Part shown: in pieces, positions 19,086 through 28,056 of the stretch
Position numbering within the stretch: the first letter of the stretch is position 1
Layout of the letters: each line of letters opens with the position of its first letter
Source: Candidatus Bathyarchaeia archaeon
Lineage (GTDB): Archaea > Thermoproteota > Bathyarchaeia > Bathyarchaeales > Bathycorpusculaceae
Assembly: GCA_049521795.1 (NCBI GenBank)
Contig: JBEKOM010000002.1
Span: 160,001-224,000, forward strand
Direction of reading: 5' to 3'
DNA length: 64,000 nt
The notes under the pieces: model-generated
What the model saw: only the letters and a program-made list of their open reading frames with translations
Databases searched by the model: none
Told to the model about the DNA's origin: nothing
Position numbers and translations under genes: made by a program

Positions 19086-19856
19086 TTAGGCTTTTGGTTG
19101 ATTATCCTTTTGAACCCTTTTCAATGGTGGTCTCATAGGCAAAAACACTAAAGCAAAGGTTAGAAACATCACCGCTATGATAGTGTAGTACAAAGGTCCA
19201 AATAGAATTCCAAAAGTTGCAAAGGTGTCTGTTGGCAATAGTTTAGAATTCTTCGCAATGTTCGCCATTGAAACGAAAATAGACATTAACAAAGAAACAA
19301 ACGTACCAATTGCAATAAACGATAGTGCATATTTCCTTAAATCCATATACTCCAGAGATTTCATGCTTTCGACAGCTTCATCAGGTTTCTCAAGTATCCT
19401 TTGATATAGGACGTTTTGCTGGTCCATTATTGATGACAGCAATTGAGCGAAAACGATTCCAACAAAGCCCAAAAGAATCCCGTCCACATTAATCATGATG
19501 CGTAGCAAGTCATCCGCATTCGAGATAGGCACGTAGTCAGGGAATGACCTAGTGACTAGAAACAATATGCCGAAAATCAAAACCGCGAAAACCAGAAAAC
19601 TACCGAGAAACTCGCCAACCAATTTAACCTTTCCACGGCGGTCTACAGGTTTTACTTGAATTGTAAAGCTACTTGATAATCCAACGCTTTCATCAAAGGT
19701 TTTTTCTATCCTTCTACCCGCTTCGCTCAGATTCTTTCCGCACTTAGGGCATGTTGTATCTGTTGGCTTGATTTGTTCACCACAACTTTGACAGTAATAT
19801 TTTGTCTCTACCTTCTTTTCACTCATTTTTGATTCTCCGATATTGCTATCTCCCAT
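19086..19856 (-). CDS. Zinc-ribbon + multi-TM membrane protein (start may be 19826)
   Basis: CQSCG...CPKCG followed by about four hydrophobic helices. Confidence 0.7.
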   Translation of the reverse strand: MGDSNIGESKMSEKKVETKYYCQSCGEQIKPTDTTCPKCGKNLSEAGRRIEKTFDESVGLSSSFTIQVKPVDRRGKVKLVGEFLGSFLVFAVLIFGILFLVTRSFPDYVPISNADDLLRIMINVDGILLGFVGIVFAQLLSSIMDQQNVLYQRILEKPDEAVESMKSLEYMDLRKYALSFIAIGTFVSLLMSIFVSMANIAKNSKLLPTDTFATFGILFGPLYYTIIAVMFLTFALVFLPMRPPLKRVQKDNQPKA

Positions 19857-20081
19857 CTATCTTATTCCAGCGAGTTTCTGTCCATAAATCAATAGGGCTA
19901 ATCCGAATATTATGGAGACAATTCCGAAAGGCAAGGACACGATGCCTAAGTTTGGGAATCCGTAAATTTGAAGCAGAGTCGGAAAAGTTATGATGCCTAA
20001 ACCTAGCAGAGCCAAAATGCCACCAATAAAAGCAATGACCACACCCTTCAAAATTTCCGCAAATCCCATTCTTCTCACCAA
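19857..20081 (-). CDS. Small two-TM membrane protein
   Basis: 74 aa, two Gly-rich hydrophobic helices; abuts the downstream ORF. Confidence 0.6.
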   Translation of the reverse strand: MVRRMGFAEILKGVVIAFIGGILALLGLGIITFPTLLQIYGFPNLGIVSLPFGIVSIIFGLALLIYGQKLAGIR

Positions 20082-20105
20082 CTCATCTTTTTTGTTAACT
20101 ACTAA

Positions 20106-20783
20106 TCAATACAAGGGCTTGACATAAATCACCATGTAATGCGACTGCACTTTGAAAGGTCTGATTTCTATATTGAAAACTGTTATCGTGTTGCCAACAA
20201 CTGCATCGAATTTCTGGCCCTGAGAAGAGAACCATACTTCTAGCCAGCCATCAATTTCCATTGGACTAACCATTCCATCATATGCAAAGTAGTATTGGTG
20301 CGTCTCATTGGTTAATCCACTACTAATGTTGACTGCTACATCATTATTCAAAGTGATGTTTACTTTTGTGTAATGCAAAGAAGCCATGTAGTTCTGAACG
20401 GTAGGCTTGACTAAAAATACAATGTAGCTTGAGATATAGTCTGATGTGACCTTAGATATATCAATCTCAATTCCGCAATATCTGTATACATCTCCAATGT
20501 GTGGCGTGTATATTTCGTACGGTTCAATAAATGTCGAGGCCTCAAAATAACTGCCAATCGAATATTCAAAAGTATATTCTGTGTCTCCAAAGTCGAGTGT
20601 AGTCGTATGGTTCGTCCCGCTGGTTCCGTCCCTAAGCGTTAGACTTGTGCAAGGAGCATTGTAAGAAGAACCAGAAGAACTAGGGTTTTGAACAAAGGAG
20701 ATTATTGTCGGAGCATAATAGAGCAAAAGACCTATTATAACGACAACTATGGCCAAACCAACAAGCTTTCTGATTTTGGACAT
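20106..20783 (-). CDS. Membrane-anchored/secreted hypothetical protein with an internal duplication
   Basis: N-terminal TM, Ser-rich linker, two similar beta-rich halves each ending in V.V/LKP. Confidence 0.7.
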   Translation of the reverse strand: MSKIRKLVGLAIVVVIIGLLLYYAPTIISFVQNPSSSGSSYNAPCTSLTLRDGTSGTNHTTTLDFGDTEYTFEYSIGSYFEASTFIEPYEIYTPHIGDVYRYCGIEIDISKVTSDYISSYIVFLVKPTVQNYMASLHYTKVNITLNNDVAVNISSGLTNETHQYYFAYDGMVSPMEIDGWLEVWFSSQGQKFDAVVGNTITVFNIEIRPFKVQSHYMVIYVKPLY

Positions 20784-21181
20784 GGCTACTCTAATATAAC
20801 CTAAGATTTCCCGTTGATAATAGGCTTTTTGTTAGTGCTTTCTGTCTCGTTCCACGTTCTCAAACCTAGAATCCTTTTTTTAATCCATTGATTAATTAAT
20901 TGGCTTTCCCGTACGGTTGTTTCAGAATAAACGAAACTAATAGTTTTTTTATATGTAAATGGGGTTCTGTAAACTTATCGGTTGGTAATCTTTGGTTCGG
21001 TTCTGATTCGGGTTCGGGAGTTTCCGCAAGCTGATTCAGTCGGGAGTTGAACCTCAATTTTTCCAAAGCGAATCCACAATGCGTTTCCGAATTTTCTCAA
21101 ACGAGGCCTCTGTTACTTCTTCAGTTGACATGTCTGTTTGGTGAAGCTTACCACTAACTGGATATGGGCCTCATCATTTCC

Positions 21182-22033
21182 TTAAAAAATGATTCTTAAC
21201 CAATTAGGTTTGGGAGTCTTCAAGAACTTTCTAATTGATTGTCTAAGTGTGTCCTCGACAAACCACACTTTTTCATGTGATAGATCATACTTTGAACCGT
21301 GTACGATTTTGCTTCTCAGATCGTAAGATTTCCTAGTCATCTTAAACAATCGTTGTCGCTCTTTTTTGTCCTTAGTAAGCAGAACAGATAGTCTGTGGGC
21401 AAGTCTATAGCTAAGTTCGGCTGTTCCATCTTGCAGATATAGGGCTTCCAAAGCAATCATGTAGTCTATAATTTTGTCCTCTAATTTGATCCTTTCATAA
21501 CTATCAGTAAACCTACTCAATGCTATGCCTAAAGGACTAGAGGATTCCTTCTTCTCCCATGCAGTGTTCATAAATTCTTCCCGAAAATTCCTTAAATCTA
21601 AGAGAGATGAGCTAGGCAGGAAATACAGTCTTTCCTCATTTCTAGAAGGTCTGATTGATGAAAAATGTGTTGCGATATGCTTTCCTCTCCAAACATCAAA
21701 AACGATCCTAATGCATCCTTCCTTGAAAAGCCGTAAAACGAGCATTACTTTTGCTATTTCTTCATCAACAATATTGCTGACTCTTATCATAGCTTCTCTG
21801 GAATCCTCCACTTCATAATGATAGTCCACCCAATACCTGCCCTCTCCAAGATCAATAGCCACTTCAAACGCTTCGTTAATTGAAGGAATTTTGGGTTTTG
21901 GACTTAGTAAGAAAGTTCGAAGCCTTTCCTTAGGAATCTTGCCAATCTTGAGGGTTCTATTCTCAAAACTCAGATCAAGCTCATCTATATCAGAATTGAA
22001 CCTATCAAGGAGCGCAAAATACTGGAACAACAT
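21182..22033 (-). CDS. ApeA-like HEPN domain protein (predicted RNase)
   Basis: IALSRF...IDYMIALEALY...ELSYRL..R....L...YDLRSKIVHG with an intact RxxxxH; GGGG SD-like element before ATG 22033. Confidence 0.82.
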   Translation of the reverse strand: MLFQYFALLDRFNSDIDELDLSFENRTLKIGKIPKERLRTFLLSPKPKIPSINEAFEVAIDLGEGRYWVDYHYEVEDSREAMIRVSNIVDEEIAKVMLVLRLFKEGCIRIVFDVWRGKHIATHFSSIRPSRNEERLYFLPSSSLLDLRNFREEFMNTAWEKKESSSPLGIALSRFTDSYERIKLEDKIIDYMIALEALYLQDGTAELSYRLAHRLSVLLTKDKKERQRLFKMTRKSYDLRSKIVHGSKYDLSHEKVWFVEDTLRQSIRKFLKTPKPNWLRIIF

Positions 22034-22143
22034 ACCCCTACTATGATTTCGCTCACAGTTATTTCTTTTCAATTGTGGTTCTGGTGCATCTTAGGGTGAT
22101 CGTTCTTCGTGGTGCAAGTCGGGTGATAATGCCACTTTCCGAG

Positions 22144-22632
22144 TCAATGCATCAATTCATGTTCATGGACAACGGTGTCAAAATCCTGCTTATGCTTGAT
22201 TCTTGTGATGCTTCCTTGAATATATGAGCCAAAGTTTTTACCGATAGGAACAAAGTGCACTTTTCCCACTAAGGATTTCATTGGCAGAGCTTTATTCCAC
22301 ACATCAATACTTTTTTTATTCAAAAAGACTCCCTGCTCCCAATCCAAAAACTCTGGATGCGTAATTTTCTTCGATTCCTCAGGAGTAAGTGACCTGAAAC
22401 CCGAAGACAAAATACATTCTCCAAGAAAGCAATATTCTCCGACCAAATAGTAAAGAACAAAATCTCCAGCCCCCAAATGAGCAACGTTTCGTGCCTTCTT
22501 TCCTTCTTCTGTGAACTCTTTAAGTCCCCAGAAATAATCCTCCTTCATGCGATGATCATAGATTTCCTTTCCAGTTAGACTATATCTGCTATTTTTGTCG
22601 TCTTTTACCTTAAAAATCCAGCAATTTGACAA
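22144..22632 (-). CDS. EVE (PUA-like) domain protein
   Basis: N-terminal WIF, FWGL, GDFVLYY, C-terminal F.....FGSYIQG....I...DF. Confidence 0.75.
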   Translation of the reverse strand: MSNCWIFKVKDDKNSRYSLTGKEIYDHRMKEDYFWGLKEFTEEGKKARNVAHLGAGDFVLYYLVGEYCFLGECILSSGFRSLTPEESKKITHPEFLDWEQGVFLNKKSIDVWNKALPMKSLVGKVHFVPIGKNFGSYIQGSITRIKHKQDFDTVVHEHELMH

Positions 22633-22825
22633 CTCAATCTTCCTCTCAATTATCTCACAAGAACCTTTGGATTTTTAAAGCTATATGATTTTCTTTTGGT
22701 GAAAGCTGAGTTGCCTTATCAATGGAGATATACGAAGTATAAGAAGAGGCAATCTCAAAGAAGATCAACAGGGACTTTCCGCTAAAAACGGGCCCCTAAG
22801 CGATTTTTCTTTTGTGAGCGCGCGC

Positions 22826-23094
22826 GCTTCGGGAATCGAGTCTTCATACTCTGGAACATGCTCGTAACCTATGGTTTCAAGCGGCCCAATGCAGTCTTGA
22901 GCATCAGAAAGAAGGCGTATACCAACCATAATGTCAATGATCGGCTTAGCTCCCAAGTCTGGAACAGCCGTGCTTCCAACATGCTCAACGGCAACGACCT
23001 TCTTTGCGATCACGCTCAGAATTTTTGCCTTCTCCCTTTCAAATACTAGCGGCCAGTTTGGGTCATAGTCCACCACTTTGACAGGGGCTTCCAC
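22826..23094 (-). pseudogene. GrpB/UPF0157 family gene, 5' fragment
   Basis: VVDYDPNWP..FE.E....VEHVGSTAVP.LGAKPIIDI.VG...GYE; similarity ends after EDSIPE. Confidence 0.85.
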
Positions 23095-23320
23095 GTTGTT
23101 TCTCCCTTAGCCTTCTGCGCTTTGCTCTCGCGCATGATCTCTTCATCGTTGTCAGATAAAGACCTATTGAGCCACTTAGCCTCGATTCACACTTCAAGGC
23201 TACGCAGTGAGAGCATTGATTAGTGAATTTCTCATTTTCAAACCGATAAGAAAATATCTTTTTAGGCGTAATAGTGATATGTTACTTTCAAGCAATGCAT
23301 CGCTTCAGCGAGGGCATGAG

Positions 23321-25009
23321 ATGACGACGTTTGATGACAAGACAATTAACGAAGTAAGAAAAGAACGGCAACGCTGGGAGCAGACAACACTGCTAAGCTG
23401 GAAAAAGCAATGTAAAGAGAGGAAAACCGAGTTTCGGAACACCTCCAATACGCTAATAAAAGGCTTGTACACGCCAGAAGACATCAAATCAATGGATTAC
23501 ATGCACGATCTGGGCTTTCCTGGCGAGTACCCGTTCCTTCGAGGCGTACATGCAACCATGTACCGCGGTCGATTGTGGACGATGCGGCAGTTTTCAGGAT
23601 TCGGCACGGCAGCACAGACGAACCGACGTTTCAAGTATCTTCTTAAAGAAGGCGAAACTGGTTTGAGCATCGCTTTTGATTATCCAACGATAATGGGCTA
23701 CGATTCAGACCATCCGATGGGGCAGGGCGAGGTCGGGATATGTGGAGTGGCCATCACTTCGTTGAAGGACATGGAAGTTTTGCTCGGTGGAATTCCTCTT
23801 GACAAAGTCACAACGTCGATGACGATAAACGGGCCTGCAGGTATGCTGCTGGCCATGTACGTTGCGGTAGGCGACCAGCAGGGTGTGCCCAGAGAAAGGC
23901 TCGGTGGAACCACGCAGAACGATAACTTGAAGGAGTATTTCGCTCAGAAACTCTGTATCTATCCGCCGAAGCCCGCGCTTAAACTGACAACGGACATAAT
24001 CGAGTACTGCGCGAGACACTTGCCGAAGTGGAACCCCGTAAGCATAAGCGGCTACCACATCAGAGAAGCCGGCGCAAACGCTGTGCAAGAGTTAGCTTTT
24101 ACGATTTATGATGGAATAGCCTATGTTGAATCCACGATGCAAAGAGGTCTTAAGGTCGACGATTTTGCCCATAGACTATCATTCTTTTTTGCGTCCCACA
24201 ACGATTTCTTCGAGGAAGTAGCCAAGTTCAGGGCTGCCAGAAGAATTTGGGCAAAGTTGATGAAAGAGCGGTTCCACGCCAGGAATCCAAGGTCCATGTG
24301 GATGCGAATGCATGTCCAAACCTCGGGTTGCACACTTACAGCACAGCAGCCGTTGAACAACATCACACGGACCACGATTCAAGCATTGGCCGCCGTTTTG
24401 GGCGGAACGCAGTCGTTGCACACGAACTCGTTTGATGAAGCCTTGGCGCTTCCGAGCGAAGTAGCCGTGAGAGTTGCACTGAGAACACAGCAGATAATTG
24501 CTCACGAGAGCTACGCGCCCAACACCATAGACCCCTTGGCAGGCTCGTACTACTTAGAAGCTTTAACCAACGAAATGGAAGAAAAGGCGATGGACTACAT
24601 ACGGAAGGTGGACGAAATGGGAGGAGCCATCGTAGCCATAGAGAAAGGGTTCTTCCAGAAAGAAATTTCCGACAGCGCTTACAAGTACCAGAGAGAAATA
24701 GACGAAATGAAACGCATAATAGTCGGCATAAACGACTTCACCATCGAAAAGGAAGAAATTCCGATAGAGCTTTTGAGGGTAGATCCTAAAGTCGAGAAGG
24801 AACAAGTTCTCAGTCTCAAAAAGCTAAGGCGGAAGAGAGATAAGAGAAAAGTTGAAGAAACCCTCGGAAAACTCCGTCGATGCACAGAAAAAGATGAGAA
24901 CCTCATGCCCGTAATAATAGAGGCAGTAAAATCCTATGCAACGATTGGCGAGATCTGCGAAGTGTTACGTCAGGTTTACGGAGAATATAAAGAGTTGATC
25001 ATAATCTAA
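23321..25009 (+). CDS. B12-dependent acyl-CoA mutase, substrate-binding subunit (isobutyryl-CoA mutase-like)
   Basis: [54 protein letters not shown]; no fused B12 domain. Confidence 0.92.
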   Translation: MTTFDDKTINEVRKERQRWEQTTLLSWKKQCKERKTEFRNTSNTLIKGLYTPEDIKSMDYMHDLGFPGEYPFLRGVHATMYRGRLWTMRQFSGFGTAAQTNRRFKYLLKEGETGLSIAFDYPTIMGYDSDHPMGQGEVGICGVAITSLKDMEVLLGGIPLDKVTTSMTINGPAGMLLAMYVAVGDQQGVPRERLGGTTQNDNLKEYFAQKLCIYPPKPALKLTTDIIEYCARHLPKWNPVSISGYHIREAGANAVQELAFTIYDGIAYVESTMQRGLKVDDFAHRLSFFFASHNDFFEEVAKFRAARRIWAKLMKERFHARNPRSMWMRMHVQTSGCTLTAQQPLNNITRTTIQALAAVLGGTQSLHTNSFDEALALPSEVAVRVALRTQQIIAHESYAPNTIDPLAGSYYLEALTNEMEEKAMDYIRKVDEMGGAIVAIEKGFFQKEISDSAYKYQREIDEMKRIIVGINDFTIEKEEIPIELLRVDPKVEKEQVLSLKKLRRKRDKRKVEETLGKLRRCTEKDENLMPVIIEAVKSYATIGEICEVLRQVYGEYKELIII

Positions 25010-25022
25010 AGAGGGAAACAAC

Positions 25023-25430
25023 ATGCGAAAAGACAGAAAAATCAGAGTATTAATTGCGAAGCCAGGTCTGGACAGTCACGACAGAGGGGCAAAGGTAGTT
25101 GCCAGGGCCCTAAGAGACGCCGGAATGGAAGTCATCTACACGGGCCTAAGACAAACCCCTGAACAGATAGTCGAAACCGCCCTTCAGGAGGACGTTGACG
25201 TCATAGGCTTAAGCATCCTTTCAGGAGCCCACAAGACCCTTTTCCCGAGAATAATGAGGCTTCTCAGACAACAAGACCTCACAGACGTGATGATCTTCGC
25301 CGGAGGCATAATCCCCGAGGAAGACGTGGTTAAAATGAAAAAGCTGGGAATAAAAGAGATCTTCGGGCCTGGAACCACGACAGAAACGATAATACGCTAC
25401 GTTTTGGACAACCTTCCAAGAAGAAGCTAA
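25023..25430 (+). CDS. Acyl-CoA mutase cobalamin-binding subunit
   Basis: [11 protein letters not shown] (DxHxxG), [19 protein letters not shown]. Confidence 0.94.
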   Translation: MRKDRKIRVLIAKPGLDSHDRGAKVVARALRDAGMEVIYTGLRQTPEQIVETALQEDVDVIGLSILSGAHKTLFPRIMRLLRQQDLTDVMIFAGGIIPEEDVVKMKKLGIKEIFGPGTTTETIIRYVLDNLPRRS

Positions 25431-25451
25431 GAGTCAAGATGTGCGAGTGCA

Positions 25452-26411
25452 TTGACGAAAACGGAAGAATTGGCCAAAGGTGTTCTTGCTGGGAACCGCA
25501 GGAGCGTTGCGAGGGCGATAACCACTATCGAAAACAACGACCCTGAAGCTCAGGAACTGGTTGCCAGAATCTACGGCCACACGGGAAAAGCTCACGTAAT
25601 CGGTTTAACCGGCGCTGGCGGCGCTGGAAAGAGCACTCTTATTGAAAAGATCGTCAAGGAATACAGGCGACGTGGCAGAACAGTGGGTGTTGTCGCCGTG
25701 GACCCTACGAGCCCCTTCACGGGCGGGGCCTTCTTGGGCGACAGGATTCGCATGCAAGAACTCTGCACTGACAAGGGCGTTTTCATACGTAGCATGGCAA
25801 CCCGGAACTATGCAGGAGGAATAGCAAGGGCGACGAAAGACGCTGTGAAAGTCCTTGACGCCGCTGGAAAAGACGTGGTCATAGTCGAGACTGTCGGTGC
25901 AGGTCAATCTGAAGTCGAGATCATTAAGGTTGCACACACAATAGTCGTCGTTCACGCCCCAGGGCTCGGAGATGAGATACAGGCGATAAAAGCCGGCGTG
26001 ATGGAGATAGCCGACATTTTCGTCGTAAACAAAGCTGACCGCGAGAACGCAAATAAAGCTGTAATTGATATCCAGTCAAACTTACAGATGAACAACAAGG
26101 AAATTCCGTGGAAACCGCCTGTTCTGAAAACGATAGCCTTAACTGGCGAGGGTATTCTGAAGCTGGTCGACAAGATTGAAGAACACAGATGTTTCCTTGA
26201 GGGCGACCTTGAATGCAGAAAGGTCTCATTAAGAACGAAGGCCGAGGCGGAACTCATTGACGCCATCAGAGAAAGAGTGACAGGTTCTCTGATAGAAGAG
26301 TTAAAGAAGGAAGGAAAGTTTGACGCACTCGTCCACGAAATCATGGAAAAGAAGACAGACCCGACGTCTGCGGCTGAAAAACTCTTGAAGAGGGCTGTCC
26401 ACGGTGCCTAA
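25452..26411 (+). CDS. meaB: Mutase-associated GTPase chaperone MeaB/ArgK
   Basis: GAGGAGKST, DPTSPFTGGAFLGDRIRM, ETVGAGQSE, NKAD. Confidence 0.95.
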   Translation: MTKTEELAKGVLAGNRRSVARAITTIENNDPEAQELVARIYGHTGKAHVIGLTGAGGAGKSTLIEKIVKEYRRRGRTVGVVAVDPTSPFTGGAFLGDRIRMQELCTDKGVFIRSMATRNYAGGIARATKDAVKVLDAAGKDVVIVETVGAGQSEVEIIKVAHTIVVVHAPGLGDEIQAIKAGVMEIADIFVVNKADRENANKAVIDIQSNLQMNNKEIPWKPPVLKTIALTGEGILKLVDKIEEHRCFLEGDLECRKVSLRTKAEAELIDAIRERVTGSLIEELKKEGKFDALVHEIMEKKTDPTSAAEKLLKRAVHGA

Positions 26412-26934
26412 GCTTGAAAAAGGAATGGTTCAAGTTTACACAGGAAACGGAAAAGGAAAGACTACGGCAGCTTTTGGACTTGCGCTCAGAGCTATAGGGA
26501 GAGGACTGAGAGTCTGCATGATCCAGTTCATCAAAGGAGGCTTCGACTACGGAGAGCTGTACGTAATAGACAGGCTTCCGGGCCTCAAGCTGAAAGCCTA
26601 CGGCAGAGGCAAATTCGTGGACGGAAAGAAGCCTGACAAGATGGACATGGATCTAGCGGAGGAAGCCTTAAGGACGGCTGAAAAAGCCCTCAAGGAGGGC
26701 GAATGCGACATAGTCATACTAGACGAAGTCAACGTGGCTCTAAGCCTTAAGCTGATAAAGACCGAGAGTGTCCTAGACCTGATCAGGAAGAAACCTGCAC
26801 AAGTCGAGCTGGTGTTGACTGGACGGGACGCACCAAGCGAAATCGTGGAAGCAGCCGATCTAGTCACAGAAATGGTAGAAGTCAAGCACCCGTTCAGCAG
26901 GGGTTTTCGTGCTCGAAAGGGAATCGAGTACTAG
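26404..26934 (+). CDS. cobO: Cob(I)alamin adenosyltransferase, CobO/BtuR type
   Basis: VYTGNGKGKTTAAFG, QFIKG, ILDE, LTGR, KHPF..G..A..GIEY. Confidence 0.93.
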   Translation: MPKLEKGMVQVYTGNGKGKTTAAFGLALRAIGRGLRVCMIQFIKGGFDYGELYVIDRLPGLKLKAYGRGKFVDGKKPDKMDMDLAEEALRTAEKALKEGECDIVILDEVNVALSLKLIKTESVLDLIRKKPAQVELVLTGRDAPSEIVEAADLVTEMVEVKHPFSRGFRARKGIEY

Positions 26935-26967
26935 GCGCCCAAGAAAGCAGTGGAGGAGTTGACCGGC

Positions 26968-27663
26968 CTACTTCTCTTCTTTCAACGCGAGAGGGTATAT
27001 TTCCTTAGCTACGTAATCCAGGTATGGCTCCTTCTCTGCCAAATTGAATACAGTCACGGATGCGTCTCGAGTTATGCCCACAACATATCCATGCTCCCTT
27101 GACCTTGCAACTACGTACCACAGGTCACCGTGCTTGCCGTAGTCCTCGAAAAGAGAAGTGTTTGTGAGGTCCGGCCCGTACAAAGACAGTTTGTCGATGT
27201 TTGGAATATCCACGTTGTCAAAGAATGTTATTTTGGTGTCCTCGGGATTCTTTAAGTGAAACTCTTTCAACGTTTCAGGAGAGATTCTGGCCTCTAGTAC
27301 CCCGCCTGTTTTTTCAAACAGTACTTCACTAAGCTTGTTTGCTATAAAATTGGCAACACGCTTCTTCTCCACTATGGTCAAAAACGTCGTACCTTCACGT
27401 TCAGTGAAGCTAAACATTGCTTCAACTGTTCGAGGGGTAGGCAAGATCTTGCCCCTGTGGAAAACCTGAGTGACAAAGTCGTGAGAATAGATGCCTCTCA
27501 ACATGTTTCCCTTAGGAAGAAGACTAGTGACCTCGGTTATGAGCTCAAGTTTGTAGTCTCCCTCTTCATAAGCCTCTTCCGTGCGGTAGCCCTCAAGTCT
27601 TGAAGCGATATCCGCCACGGCAAGAGACTCAGTCAGTTTGAAAACCTTACCAGCAACAACCAT
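26968..27663 (-). CDS. Hypothetical alpha/beta protein divergent from the SMC-like operon
   Basis: 231 aa ORF with ATG and host-like composition; no motif recognised. Confidence 0.7.
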   Translation of the reverse strand: MVVAGKVFKLTESLAVADIASRLEGYRTEEAYEEGDYKLELITEVTSLLPKGNMLRGIYSHDFVTQVFHRGKILPTPRTVEAMFSFTEREGTTFLTIVEKKRVANFIANKLSEVLFEKTGGVLEARISPETLKEFHLKNPEDTKITFFDNVDIPNIDKLSLYGPDLTNTSLFEDYGKHGDLWYVVARSREHGYVVGITRDASVTVFNLAEKEPYLDYVAKEIYPLALKEEK

Positions 27664-28056
27664 TCTTAAACCCCAGACCCTTAGTCTAGAAGGTTCTGCT
27701 TATGAAACTTTACGCTTCCAAACCAAGAATGAAGATTGCGATCCTTGAGTCCACCTGGGTCTCACTGAGCATTTGTCGTAGTGCCAATGGAGCTCTGTTC
27801 GTTCTTAACGTAGGGTATCGGCGAACGCCATGAACAACCATGCTCCCACCTCCATTGCACACGCGCTACGCAAACACCAAATCAAATATGAAAAGTGATC
27901 TGGGATGAATGTGAAAGTGTTTTGGACATCGATGGTATCGAAATCCTCGGAAAAGCCGAATGCGTGGACTAATCTATTTGTTGCAAAACTGTACTAATTG
28001 TTTTAATAAGGGAATTTTCACCTTTATTATCTACCACACACCTGGAAAAATCATCA

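Larger units (their letters stand above)
18470..22825. mobile_element. AT-rich inserted island interrupting the GrpB gene (boundaries approximate, no integrase seen)
   Basis: The two halves of one gene lie on either side; the interior is visibly AT-richer and its identifiable genes are all on the minus strand. Confidence 0.65.

Noticed and set aside
23207-23320. N-terminal extensions given by the ORF track (also 2683, 16941, 40557, 45098)
   Set aside because: These extensions run through TATA-like promoter sequence or upstream genes; downstream starts match family N-termini better.
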